A stretch of DNA of 43,621 nucleotides from an uncultured Nitrososphaeria archaeon (GCA_964540045.1 CAZILE010000001.1:1-43621); one strand, 5' to 3'; shown: positions 18,640 to 26,813, counted from the first letter of the stretch. The notes: generated by a model from the letters alone, not told the origin. Made by a program: numbers and translations.

Positions 18640-18793
18640 TCTTGAAGTAACTAGAACTTAAGGGGAATTTAACGCTTAACAGCCTATGAGTTAGATAGAT
18701 ATACGTGCTCTGCTGGCCAATATCTGTTAAAGCCTTCGTAGCTTGGTCTACAAAGTCCAGAAAATTCGTGTATGAGCAGGCTCTTCCGACACA

Positions 18794-18801
18794 TTTATAT
18801 A
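18794..18801 (+). promoter_or_regulatory. TATA-box candidate for the ubiquitin-like operon, with downstream Shine-Dalgarno
   Basis: TTTATATA lies 42 nt upstream of ATG 18843. GGAGGT at 18829-18834 is 8 nt before the ATG. Confidence 0.5.
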
Positions 18802-18842
18802 GCGTATCTTGTGGATAGATTTCAGATAGGAGGTTTGAGTTT

Positions 18843-19079
18843 ATGAAAATCAGGATTGTTCCAGCCATTGGCGGGGGCAGCCCCATAGAGCTTGAGGTTT
18901 CGCCTGCTACAACGATAGGGGCCATTAGAGCGAAAGTTTGCGCTATGAAGAAGCTTCCACCTGATACCACGAGACTTACCTTCAGAGGTAGGGCGCTTAA
19001 GGATACTGAGACTTTGGAATCTATTGGAGCTCAGGATGGCGATAAGCTCATATTGATAACTAGAACGGTCGGCGGATAA
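18843..19079 (+). CDS. Ubiquitin-like protein (true ubiquitin family), mature-form C-terminus RTVGG-stop
   Basis: 78 aa. It aligns by eye along its full length with ubiquitin (LEV.P..TI..(I/V)(R/K)AK(V/I)......PPD..RL.F.G..L.D..TL......(I/L).L(I/V)......GG) and ends directly in GG. Confidence 0.9.
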   Translation: MKIRIVPAIGGGSPIELEVSPATTIGAIRAKVCAMKKLPPDTTRLTFRGRALKDTETLESIGAQDGDKLILITRTVGG

Positions 19080-19155
19080 AACTCTCAAAATTTTCTCGAA
19101 AGCCCTCGCTCCGCTCAAAATTAATTACATGGCTGTCTAAATTAAGGATATAGTC

Positions 19156-19635
19156 TTGAGGACTGAGCTTCCTGAGGCTTTATGGAATAGAAGGCTGGCT
19201 CTAGAATATAAGCTAATGCGGGAAAACGAGCCGACCTTCGATATCGTAAATGACCAACTAACCCGTTACAGAGGGGTCATAATAGGCGAGGGGCTGTATG
19301 AAGGAGGATTCTTTAAGATCGAGATAACTGTTCCTAGAGAATTTCCCTATGTGCCACCTGATGTGATTTGGTGGACAAGAATCTGGCATCCAAACTTCAC
19401 CGATGAAGTTCCAGCGAGAATCTGCGAATCCATATTCAAGAATGACTGGAGCCCTTCGCTTCACATATTCTCCATAATTGAGGCTTTGAGAAACCTTCTA
19501 AATAACCCCAATCCAGACGATCCCTTAAACACCTTCGCCGCCGCCGAGATGAAATATAGACCTGACATATTTGAGGCAAGAGTCAGGAGGTATATTGAGC
19601 TGTATGCCAGGCCGGAGTTAGCGTTCCAAGAGTGA
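19156..19635 (+). CDS. Ubiquitin-conjugating enzyme (E2, UBC fold)
   Basis: RIWHPNF (HPN motif) followed by ARICESIFKNDWSPSL, with the catalytic Cys codon at 19423-19425. N-terminal RRLALEYKLM helix. TTG start. Confidence 0.85.
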   Translation: MRTELPEALWNRRLALEYKLMRENEPTFDIVNDQLTRYRGVIIGEGLYEGGFFKIEITVPREFPYVPPDVIWWTRIWHPNFTDEVPARICESIFKNDWSPSLHIFSIIEALRNLLNNPNPDDPLNTFAAAEMKYRPDIFEARVRRYIELYARPELAFQE

Positions 19636-19681
19636 AGATAATACTCATATAAGCCGTGCGAGCTCGGTTTATCTTGTAGGG

Positions 19682-20863
19682 ATGGAAGAGGAGGAGAGGA
19701 AGCTGCTAGAGAGATATGATCGCCAGCTAAGGGTTGAGGGATGGGATCAAGAGAGGCTCACTAAGTCATCCGTGATTATCGTGGGCGTTGGCGCTACTGG
19801 ATGTGAGGTATCTAAAAACTTGGCTCTTATGGGAGTAGGCAAGTTAATCCTGATAGACAACGACGTTATCGAACTCTCAAACCTCAGCAGGCAGATGCTC
19901 TTCTTAGAGGAAGATATAGGTAAGTCAAAGGCGCTTGTTGCCGCGGAGAGGTTGAGAAAGATGAATCCCTTCGTGGAAATCGAGGCTTACTTTGAAGACG
20001 TTAGGAATATTGACGAAGGCTTATTCGATAAAGCGAACGTGATAGCATCATGTCTCGACAACTGGCCCGTGAGGAGATGGCTCAACTCCCTAGCAATCGA
20101 GCTTAACAAGCCCTTAGTGGATATCGCGATGGAAGGCTTTTATGCTAACCTTCAGGTGATCATTCCGGGAAAGACGGCATGTTTAGAATGTCATGGAGAA
20201 GACTTGATACCTAAAGAGGTTCAGCTCGCTGAATGTACTCTGAAGAGAAGAAGACCAGAAGACTTAGTTCAAGATCTTAAATCGGCTGGAGTAAACGTGA
20301 GCTTGAAGCTGGCCAAGAAGCTATTTGATCACAACATTAAAACAATCTATGACTTAAAATACGCTCAGGAAGGCGCCTTGATGAAATTGGATGAAAAGAC
20401 TCAAAAGATCGTGAGGGATATCAGAGAGAAGCTTAAGCCGAAGATGCCAGCCCTTCAGAGCGTCGCCGCGCTGATCTCCGGAATAGCCTCAACCGAAATA
20501 ATTAAGATCCTTCACGGGGATAGGCTGGGAGAGCCCATTAAGGACCTCCTTGTTTATGATGGCTTGGCAGGGCAGTTCACCAGGGTGAAGCTTGACCGCA
20601 ACCCGGAATGCTTCGTCTGCGGGGATCTGGTTGAGGAGGAGATAAAATTTCCCGTTAAGCCAACCGAGACTATTCTGGATCTGAAAAAGAGAATAGCTGA
20701 AACCTTCAGTATCCCCGACCCAGAGATTCTTTACGGTAGCTGGAGGCTCGCTGATGACAAGAGAGTTTCCGAGATAGGGCTTAGGGAGAACGACACGATA
20801 TACATTAGCACCAGCAGAAGATTTATGCCACTACAACTGAGAGTTCAGATAGTGGAGGAGTGA
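19682..20863 (+). CDS. Ubiquitin-activating enzyme-like protein (E1; ThiF/MoeB adenylation domain + C-terminal ubiquitin-fold domain)
   Basis: RYDRQLRVEGW..VIIVGVGATGCEVSKNLALMGVGKLILIDNDVIELSNLSRQ adenylation signature. CxxC pairs CLEC and CFVC. Candidate catalytic Cys in AECTLK. C-terminal roughly 75-aa beta-grasp-like tail. Confidence 0.9.
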   Translation: MEEEERKLLERYDRQLRVEGWDQERLTKSSVIIVGVGATGCEVSKNLALMGVGKLILIDNDVIELSNLSRQMLFLEEDIGKSKALVAAERLRKMNPFVEIEAYFEDVRNIDEGLFDKANVIASCLDNWPVRRWLNSLAIELNKPLVDIAMEGFYANLQVIIPGKTACLECHGEDLIPKEVQLAECTLKRRRPEDLVQDLKSAGVNVSLKLAKKLFDHNIKTIYDLKYAQEGALMKLDEKTQKIVRDIREKLKPKMPALQSVAALISGIASTEIIKILHGDRLGEPIKDLLVYDGLAGQFTRVKLDRNPECFVCGDLVEEEIKFPVKPTETILDLKKRIAETFSIPDPEILYGSWRLADDKRVSEIGLRENDTIYISTSRRFMPLQLRVQIVEE

Positions 20864-21111
20864 CCTACATGGGAAGAATTCTCATAGAAAAGGAGAAAAA
20901 GGTCGGAGACTGGGATCTAAGATTCGAGGAGGAAAACAAAGAGGCTAGAGCGAATATCTGTCCCGTCTGCTCCCTCGAGATCGAGGAGGGCGCGCCGGTC
21001 TTCGAGTGTCCCTTCTGCGGAAATGTCATGCATATGAGATGCGTTCAACCATGGATTGAGAGCCGAGGGACTTGCCCAATTTGCCGAAGACCTTTATCTG
21101 AGAGCTCCTAG
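20860..21111 (+). CDS. Small RING-like zinc-finger protein (candidate E3)
   Basis: CPVC-x12-CPFC-x4-H-x2-C-x10-CPIC with the RING-H2-like tail HMRCVQPWI..GTCPICRR. Start is either GTG 20860 (overlapping the E1 stop) or ATG 20869, which is preceded by GGAGGAG. Confidence 0.85.
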   Translation: MTYMGRILIEKEKKVGDWDLRFEEENKEARANICPVCSLEIEEGAPVFECPFCGNVMHMRCVQPWIESRGTCPICRRPLSESS

Positions 21112-21161
21112 AATACTCTGGGAGGTGAGCGTACCTGAGTGAGCGGGATGAGAGCATAGTT

Positions 21162-21485
21162 GTGGAGCCGAAGTACCTTAGCACCCCTAAGGGTAAGATC
21201 CCGACCTACGACTTCGCTCTAGGGGTTCTGAAGGCAGTTAAGGTTTTAGATGACGTTACAGCAGAACTTGAGGAGAGATTGAACAAGCTTGAGAAAGCTG
21301 GCACCCCAGGACTGGATGAGCTGAGAGAGAGGCTGGAAAGAGTTGAGAGAACTTTAGAAGATCTAGGGAAAAAGTTGGACCTGGATCTTGAGGAAATTAA
21401 TGATAAGCTGTCCACGCTGGCGGATGCGTTCAACGAGCTCTTAGAGAGAGTTCAAAGGCTTGAAGAAACTTTGTCTAAGGGCTGA
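21162..21485 (+). CDS. Coiled-coil protein, unknown function
   Basis: 107-aa ORF with heptad-rich E/L/K sequence (ELEERLNKLEK..LRERLERVERTLEDL). GTG start and no internal Met. Confidence 0.45.
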   Translation: MEPKYLSTPKGKIPTYDFALGVLKAVKVLDDVTAELEERLNKLEKAGTPGLDELRERLERVERTLEDLGKKLDLDLEEINDKLSTLADAFNELLERVQRLEETLSKG

Positions 21486-22338
21486 CGACAGCGCGCCTCA
21501 TATCTGCTATGAGCTTCTCAAGGTTGGAGCGCTTCGCCTCAAGCTCCTTTACTTCGGCTTCCAGCCTCCGCTTACGTTCATTTAACGTGTTTAGCTCGCT
21601 TCTCAGCTGGAGGACTTTTCTTTCAAGCTCCTCCGCCTCTTCCTCCTTCTCCCTCAATTTCGATAAAGATCGTCTGAGCTCGGCTTCCTTTCTGATAAGC
21701 CTTTCCATCCTTATTTCCCTGAGCTTGAAGTCCCTGAGAAGCTCCTTAAGCATGTCTCCAAGCTTGCTTCTAGCTTCTTCAAGCTCTTTCAAATAACGAT
21801 TCTCCAGCTCAGAAACCTTGCGCTCAAGGTCGAGCTTCTTATCCTCAAGCTGCTTGAGCTCGGCCTCCCTTAACGCTAAATTTCTTTCCTTCGCGTCCAA
21901 CTCATCTCTCCACTTTCTAAGCTCTTCCCGGATTACTGCTAATTCGCTCTTCTCCTTTAAGACCATCTCCGCGTCCTGTTTAACCGCTTCACGCTCCTTG
22001 CTCAAAGTCTCAATTACATCCTTCAGGCCATCTTGAATTGAGAGAAGAGTGTTTTCGTAAAACTTAACTTGCTCGAGCCCCTCAGCAATCTTCTCAGCTC
22101 TCTCAACAAACTGAGATAAACTTAGTTTCATTGCATCCGGCTGAGAGGACAGATCGCTGAGAAGCGATGAGGCCTCTGCCAACCTAGCCTCAATCCTTCT
22201 AAGAGATTCTTGAAGAGAATCCAGTCTCATAGAGAATTCTTGTTCAAAGCTTCTCAATTTCTCTTCAAGCTTGCTCTCAACCTCTTCAATCTTTTTTCCT
22301 CCAAATGGCGTCATTCCGAAATCATTGAGCAGAAGCAT
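21475..22338 (-). CDS. Long coiled-coil protein, unknown function
   Basis: 287 aa, almost entirely heptad-repeat E/K/L/R sequence. Its 3' end overlaps the convergent coiled-coil ORF by 11 bp. Confidence 0.6.
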   Translation of the reverse strand: MLLLNDFGMTPFGGKKIEEVESKLEEKLRSFEQEFSMRLDSLQESLRRIEARLAEASSLLSDLSSQPDAMKLSLSQFVERAEKIAEGLEQVKFYENTLLSIQDGLKDVIETLSKEREAVKQDAEMVLKEKSELAVIREELRKWRDELDAKERNLALREAELKQLEDKKLDLERKVSELENRYLKELEEARSKLGDMLKELLRDFKLREIRMERLIRKEAELRRSLSKLREKEEEAEELERKVLQLRSELNTLNERKRRLEAEVKELEAKRSNLEKLIADMRRAVVSP

Positions 22339-22423
22339 TATAAAAAGTTGTTCTTTGTTATGGCCAGTTGATAGTTAGGCTAAAGTTTTTACGCGCCGTT
22401 TATAAGGTGGCAAGTACAGATGT

Positions 22424-23152
22424 GTGAGGGGGAGTTGCGCGAAGTTGTTCACCACTAGAGAAGAAGTCTTATCAAGATTGTATAAGATAGGGTCAGGCGC
22501 AGCGGCCATAGGAGCAATCCATATACTCACCCTTCTCATGAGCTGGTATGTTCAAGTAATCGATGGATCTGAGATACCGATCGAGGGGTGGATAATACCG
22601 GAAGCGAGAATTATGTCGCTCGTCGGAGGTCTTATGGCCGGCATAGGAATAATCGTGATACACTTTATCAAGAGACTTAAGTCCATGAAAATTCTCTTGG
22701 GCTCTCTAATAGTTGTAGGGGGGGCATTAGCAACGCTCTCGCCCGTCTACTCTTACATGTTCTGGTTATCAAATATTGTAACTTACCCGAGATTCGATTT
22801 GGGATTCTTCGCGTCAGCCTTCACCGGCGTCATTCAGCTAGGTATCGGAGCACTCGCATTACTCACCCCTGTTAAGGAAGAAGTAATTCCATCAGCAGTC
22901 GTACCTTCCCCGATCACTTTACCGGAAACCGGCGTAGTTACCCGAGGCCCCAGCAGATCCACAACTGCCAGGCTAGTCCCCGTCTCGGACGTCGAAGAAG
23001 CAATCTGCAGCCTATGTTTTGAGCCGATAGCTCAAGGGGATGCAGTGAGGTGCAGTAATTGCGATGCGATATTCCATAAAGGATGCGTTGATGCTTGGGT
23101 GAGCGTTAACGGAACATGTCCGAGCTGTAAGGCCATAATAACTGGAAGCTAA
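22424..23152 (+). CDS. Membrane protein (about 4 TM helices) with C-terminal RING-like zinc finger (candidate membrane-anchored E3)
   Basis: Four hydrophobic segments, a P/S/T-rich linker, then CSLC-x11-CSNC-x4-H-x2-C-x10-CPSC (codons 23006-23128). The spacing is essentially that of the operon finger at 20860-21111. GTG start. Confidence 0.7.
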   Translation: MRGSCAKLFTTREEVLSRLYKIGSGAAAIGAIHILTLLMSWYVQVIDGSEIPIEGWIIPEARIMSLVGGLMAGIGIIVIHFIKRLKSMKILLGSLIVVGGALATLSPVYSYMFWLSNIVTYPRFDLGFFASAFTGVIQLGIGALALLTPVKEEVIPSAVVPSPITLPETGVVTRGPSRSTTARLVPVSDVEEAICSLCFEPIAQGDAVRCSNCDAIFHKGCVDAWVSVNGTCPSCKAIITGS

Positions 23153-23170
23153 AGCCTAAATAACTGCGGC

Positions 23171-24682
23171 TTGGGGAAAATTCGGGACCCTTCCATGCCA
23201 TCTAGAACTAGAGAAGAGATAGGTAGGAAGTTCGAGGAAGTTATTAGACTGGCGCTTGAGAGAGGCTTCTTCACATCTTCTTCAGAGATATACGGAGATG
23301 CACCTGCCGGCTTCTGGGACTACGGCCCTCTTGGAGTTGCCATGAAAAGGAAATTCGTAGAACTTTGGAGGAGGGAGCTCGTAAGGAGAGATGGAATGAT
23401 CGAGATCGACGGCTCACAAATCTTATCTAAAAGCGTCTTCAAGGCCTCTGGACATCTCGAAAGTTTCGCCGACCCGATAGCTAGATGCGATCGATGTAAT
23501 GCTATTTACCGAATTGACAAGCTCGTGGAAGAGAAGGCTGGAATACATGTTCCTGAGAGACTTGATCTAAATGAGATTAGGAGAATCGTCAGCGACCATG
23601 GCGTAAAATGCCCTAAGTGTGGAGGAGAACTCTCAGGGTACTCCTACTTCAACATGATGTTCAGGGTCGGGGTAGGGGTCGCGGAGGCCGATGCTTATCT
23701 CAGACCTGAGACCTGTCAGAACATCTTCATAGACTTTATGCGCATCTATAAAACTATGAGGAGAAAGCTTCCCCTTGCTATAGCCCAATACGGGAAGAGC
23801 TTTAGGAACGAGATCTCCCCGAGGCAAAGCCTCCTCAGAATGAGGGAGTTTTATCAAGCTGAGATAGAGGTCTTCTTCAATCCCGATAGAGCGAATGATT
23901 TCTCGAAGGCCGATATTTTCATGGACTATAAGCTTAGGCTTCAGCCCGCGAAAATGAAGGAGCCTGCCGAGATAACTTGCAGGGATGCTTTAGCCCAGGG
24001 ACTGATATCTAGCAAGCTCGTAGCGTATTATCTCGCATTAATCCAGCAATTTTACGAGAAAGCGGGCCTCCCCAAGGAGAAGATCAGGCTTAGACAGCTC
24101 GACGAGGATGAAAAGGCGTTTTACGCGGTCGAGGCCTGGGATCTAGAGGTCGAGACGAGCCTGGGATGGATTGAGCTTGTAGCCTGCAACAACCGGGGAA
24201 GCCATGATCTCGGAGGACATCAGAAGATGAGCGGCCAGGAGATGGAAGTACTTGATGGAGATCAGAAAGTTTTACCGCATGTGTTCGAGCTCTCAATGGG
24301 AGTCGATAGAAGTCTTTACTGCATTCTTGAGAACGCGTTGACCATTGAGAATGGAAGGACCATTCTGAGACTGCCGCCCTACCTCGCTCCGATAGATGCA
24401 GTTGTTTTACCGCTTCTCTCCAGGGAGCCGCTGACCACTAAAGCTCTCGAGGTCTATGAAGGGTTGAAAGAGGATTTCGACGTCGAGTACGATGACTCCG
24501 GAAGCATTGGAAGAAGATATGCGAGATACGATGAGATCGGAGTCCCCATTTGCATCACCGTTGATCATCAAACGCTCGAAGACGATAGCGTTACCGTCAG
24601 GTTTAGAGATCTAGCCCATCAGATAAGGGTTGATCTAAGCAGTTTGGGATCACTCCTTGAGGAGTGGCTGAAGTATCCCTAG
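23171..24682 (+). CDS. glyS: Glycine--tRNA ligase (archaeal/eukaryotic alpha2 type)
   Basis: RGFFTSSSEIYGDAPAGFWDYGPLGVAMKRKFVELWRRELV signature plus class II motifs. The more likely start is ATG at 23195 (MPSRTREE). Confidence 0.9.
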   Translation: MGKIRDPSMPSRTREEIGRKFEEVIRLALERGFFTSSSEIYGDAPAGFWDYGPLGVAMKRKFVELWRRELVRRDGMIEIDGSQILSKSVFKASGHLESFADPIARCDRCNAIYRIDKLVEEKAGIHVPERLDLNEIRRIVSDHGVKCPKCGGELSGYSYFNMMFRVGVGVAEADAYLRPETCQNIFIDFMRIYKTMRRKLPLAIAQYGKSFRNEISPRQSLLRMREFYQAEIEVFFNPDRANDFSKADIFMDYKLRLQPAKMKEPAEITCRDALAQGLISSKLVAYYLALIQQFYEKAGLPKEKIRLRQLDEDEKAFYAVEAWDLEVETSLGWIELVACNNRGSHDLGGHQKMSGQEMEVLDGDQKVLPHVFELSMGVDRSLYCILENALTIENGRTILRLPPYLAPIDAVVLPLLSREPLTTKALEVYEGLKEDFDVEYDDSGSIGRRYARYDEIGVPICITVDHQTLEDDSVTVRFRDLAHQIRVDLSSLGSLLEEWLKYP

Positions 24683-24731
24683 CTTGTGAAAGGCTTTATA
24701 GCAGCAGCGCAATAATTGATATGATTAAAGG

Positions 24732-25397
24732 ATGAGCCTTCCACGAGATAGAGAAGAAGATTTCAGGATAACCATACTTAACCTCCTCCAAGACCAGGTT
24801 CGAGTGGTTCTGGACGGATATAGAACGCTCTTAGATATGCTGGAACAGTTCTTGCGGGGTGAGAAATCGAAGACCATTGAGGAGCTTTATGAGAAGATCT
24901 TGAGGAATGACGAGAAGGCGAAGGAGATGAATAGGCTTGTCGAGAAGGAGATTTCAAATGTCGGAGCACTCCTGAGCTCAAGAGAGAACTTCGTTAGACT
25001 CACCCTAGAAATAGATCGCATAGCCGATATCACTGAAGGAGCGGCCTTTAGGCTCGTTAATCTCAGCAGAATGAAGACAAAACTTCATAAAGACACTTGC
25101 AATCTCTTTCTGGAACTTGGTCAAGCGGTTCTGGAGACTTTGATATCTATGCGGCAAGCTCTCTTAGCAACTACCCTAAATTCGTCGAGCCTTAATGAGA
25201 AAATTAAGGAGACGGAGATTAACGAGAAGAGAACAGATGACATATATAGAGATCTCGATTTAGAACTTTTGAAAAGCAACTTACATATTTCCCAGCTTCT
25301 ATTGTGCAGAGAGGTTGCTGAGATGGTCGAAGACATATCAGATCACGCAGAGAGGGTTACGGATATTCTCAGAGCACTTACTGTCGCTCCGATTTAG
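24732..25397 (+). CDS. DUF47/PhoU-like helical protein
   Basis: 221-aa all-helical protein with two PhoU-like repeats and a C-terminal D.SDHAE..TD pattern (EDISDHAERVTD). Confidence 0.5.
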   Translation: MSLPRDREEDFRITILNLLQDQVRVVLDGYRTLLDMLEQFLRGEKSKTIEELYEKILRNDEKAKEMNRLVEKEISNVGALLSSRENFVRLTLEIDRIADITEGAAFRLVNLSRMKTKLHKDTCNLFLELGQAVLETLISMRQALLATTLNSSSLNEKIKETEINEKRTDDIYRDLDLELLKSNLHISQLLLCREVAEMVEDISDHAERVTDILRALTVAPI

Positions 25398-25409
25398 AGG
25401 GTTTAGCCG

Positions 25410-25964
25410 ATGTCAGGGGAAGTTGTGAGAGCTGAACTCGTGCAAGGGAATATAATAGTCTGGGATGTAGAGAGGGGCAGAGACCTATATAGGTTTGGAT
25501 ACTATGGGAAACCGCTTGGAATATCGAAGCCGAAGTCTGCCGACTTCAATGCCCCGCTGGTGCTTGACATAATTGAGGCGATCTATCTCGCGGAGAAGGG
25601 GATTCTTGAGGTCTATGAGGATGGAAGGAAGCTTGAAATAGAAGAGATGATCAACTACGCGGAGAGTATCTACGAAAACTTTAGGGAAAGATACCAGGTC
25701 TATAAGGATCTTAGAGAAAGAGGTTTCATCGTAACCCCGGGCATAAAGTTCGGCAGCGACTTCGCAGTATACAGAGTTGGACCAGGTCTTGAGCACGCTC
25801 CCTTCATAGTTCAGGTTAAGTTGGCGGGAGAGATGCTTTCAGCCCTTGAGCTCGTTCGATCCGGGAGGCTCGCAACGACCGTGAGAAAGTATTTCACCAT
25901 AGCTGTCCCAGATATAGCTGGGGAGAAAATCGCTTACATTTTATTTGAGTGGTGGAGAGCCTAG
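25410..25964 (+). CDS. endA: tRNA-splicing endonuclease subunit
   Basis: RERGFIVTPGIKFGSDFAVYRVGPGLEHAPFIVQV and C-terminal RLATTVRK match the EndA catalytic domain. Confidence 0.85.
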   Translation: MSGEVVRAELVQGNIIVWDVERGRDLYRFGYYGKPLGISKPKSADFNAPLVLDIIEAIYLAEKGILEVYEDGRKLEIEEMINYAESIYENFRERYQVYKDLRERGFIVTPGIKFGSDFAVYRVGPGLEHAPFIVQVKLAGEMLSALELVRSGRLATTVRKYFTIAVPDIAGEKIAYILFEWWRA

Positions 25965-25969
25965 CCAGA

Positions 25970-26779
25970 TCAAAATCTGGTGGGGCTGTTTAGCTTTTCA
26001 GCGATCTCCTTCGCTCTTCTCGTCGCCGCCTCAACAGCCTTCATTACAGCCGTTCTCACCCCACCCTCCTCTAAGTAGAAAATTCCCTCTATCGTCGTTC
26101 CTCCAGGAGTTAACACCATCTCCTTAATCGTTGATGGATGGAGCTTGGCATCCAGTAAAAGCTTAGCAGTTCCATATACCGTGTAGGCAGAGGACTTGTA
26201 TGCTAGATCTCTCGGAAGTCCCACTTTAAGCCCAGCATAAGCCATGGCCTCTATCAGAAGCGCCACATAGGCTGGTCCGCTTCCGCTTAACGCTGTTATC
26301 GCATCCATCAGATCTTCATCAACTTCCATGACTGCTCCAAGTTCTCCAAGGATCTCACGAGCTACTTTCAGGTCCGAATCGGTTACGTTCGGCCCCCTCG
26401 TATAGGCGGTGAAGCTCGCCTTTACTATAAGCCCCACGTTAGGCATCGCTCTAATTATCTTAGCCTTTGGTACTAGCGAGGCTATCTTTGAGATCGGGGT
26501 AGCTGCCGCCACCGAGATTAGAAGCTTTCCATTAAGTAAATCGGATATCTCTCTTAATACCTCGGTGATTTTATACGGCTTGACTGCGATGAACACCACA
26601 TCAGATTCTTCCGCCACAAGCCCATTATCTTTCGTGAGATTTATGCCCAGTTCCTCGAGATTTTTTATCCTCTCTATTCTCCTTCTCGAGGCTATGATTT
26701 CATACTTGCCCGACTCCGCGAGCGCTTTCGCAATCGCCGATCCTATCTGTCCGGCTCCGATTATCCCGATCTTCAGCAT
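25970..26779 (-). CDS. proC: Pyrroline-5-carboxylate reductase
   Basis: MLKIGIIGAGQIGSAIAKAL Rossmann N-terminus, LSGSGPAYVALLIEAM and TPGGTTIEG motifs. Confidence 0.9.
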   Translation of the reverse strand: MLKIGIIGAGQIGSAIAKALAESGKYEIIASRRRIERIKNLEELGINLTKDNGLVAEESDVVFIAVKPYKITEVLREISDLLNGKLLISVAAATPISKIASLVPKAKIIRAMPNVGLIVKASFTAYTRGPNVTDSDLKVAREILGELGAVMEVDEDLMDAITALSGSGPAYVALLIEAMAYAGLKVGLPRDLAYKSSAYTVYGTAKLLLDAKLHPSTIKEMVLTPGGTTIEGIFYLEEGGVRTAVMKAVEAATRRAKEIAEKLNSPTRF

Positions 26780-26813
26780 CTTGGGAAGAGAGGATGTCGA
26801 CCGGTATTAAGGG

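Noticed and set aside
18629-19118. Two minus-strand ORFs (18629-18970 and 18822-19118) covering the JAMM/Ub intergenic region and the ubiquitin-like gene.
   Set aside because: They run antisense to a clearly homologous ubiquitin ORF and across its TATA/SD region. I recognise no motifs in them, and accepting them would eliminate the divergent promoter.
21206-22036. Ser/Leu/Phe-rich ORFs (21206-21433 minus; 21509-21796 and 21818-22036 plus) antisense to the coiled-coil genes. Similar ORFs occur at 28338-28599.
   Set aside because: These are the mirror image of E/K/L-rich heptad coding sequence. Their low-complexity S/L/F composition is the expected reverse-complement artefact, and the coiled-coil frames are longer and coherent.
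25945-26810. Plus-strand ORFs (25945-26127 and 26409-26810) inside proC, and similar antisense ORFs inside metF (6834-7115, 7383-7697) and egsA (27528-27884).
   Set aside because: They overlap well-supported enzyme genes on the opposite strand, have biased P/S/L composition and contain no recognisable motifs.
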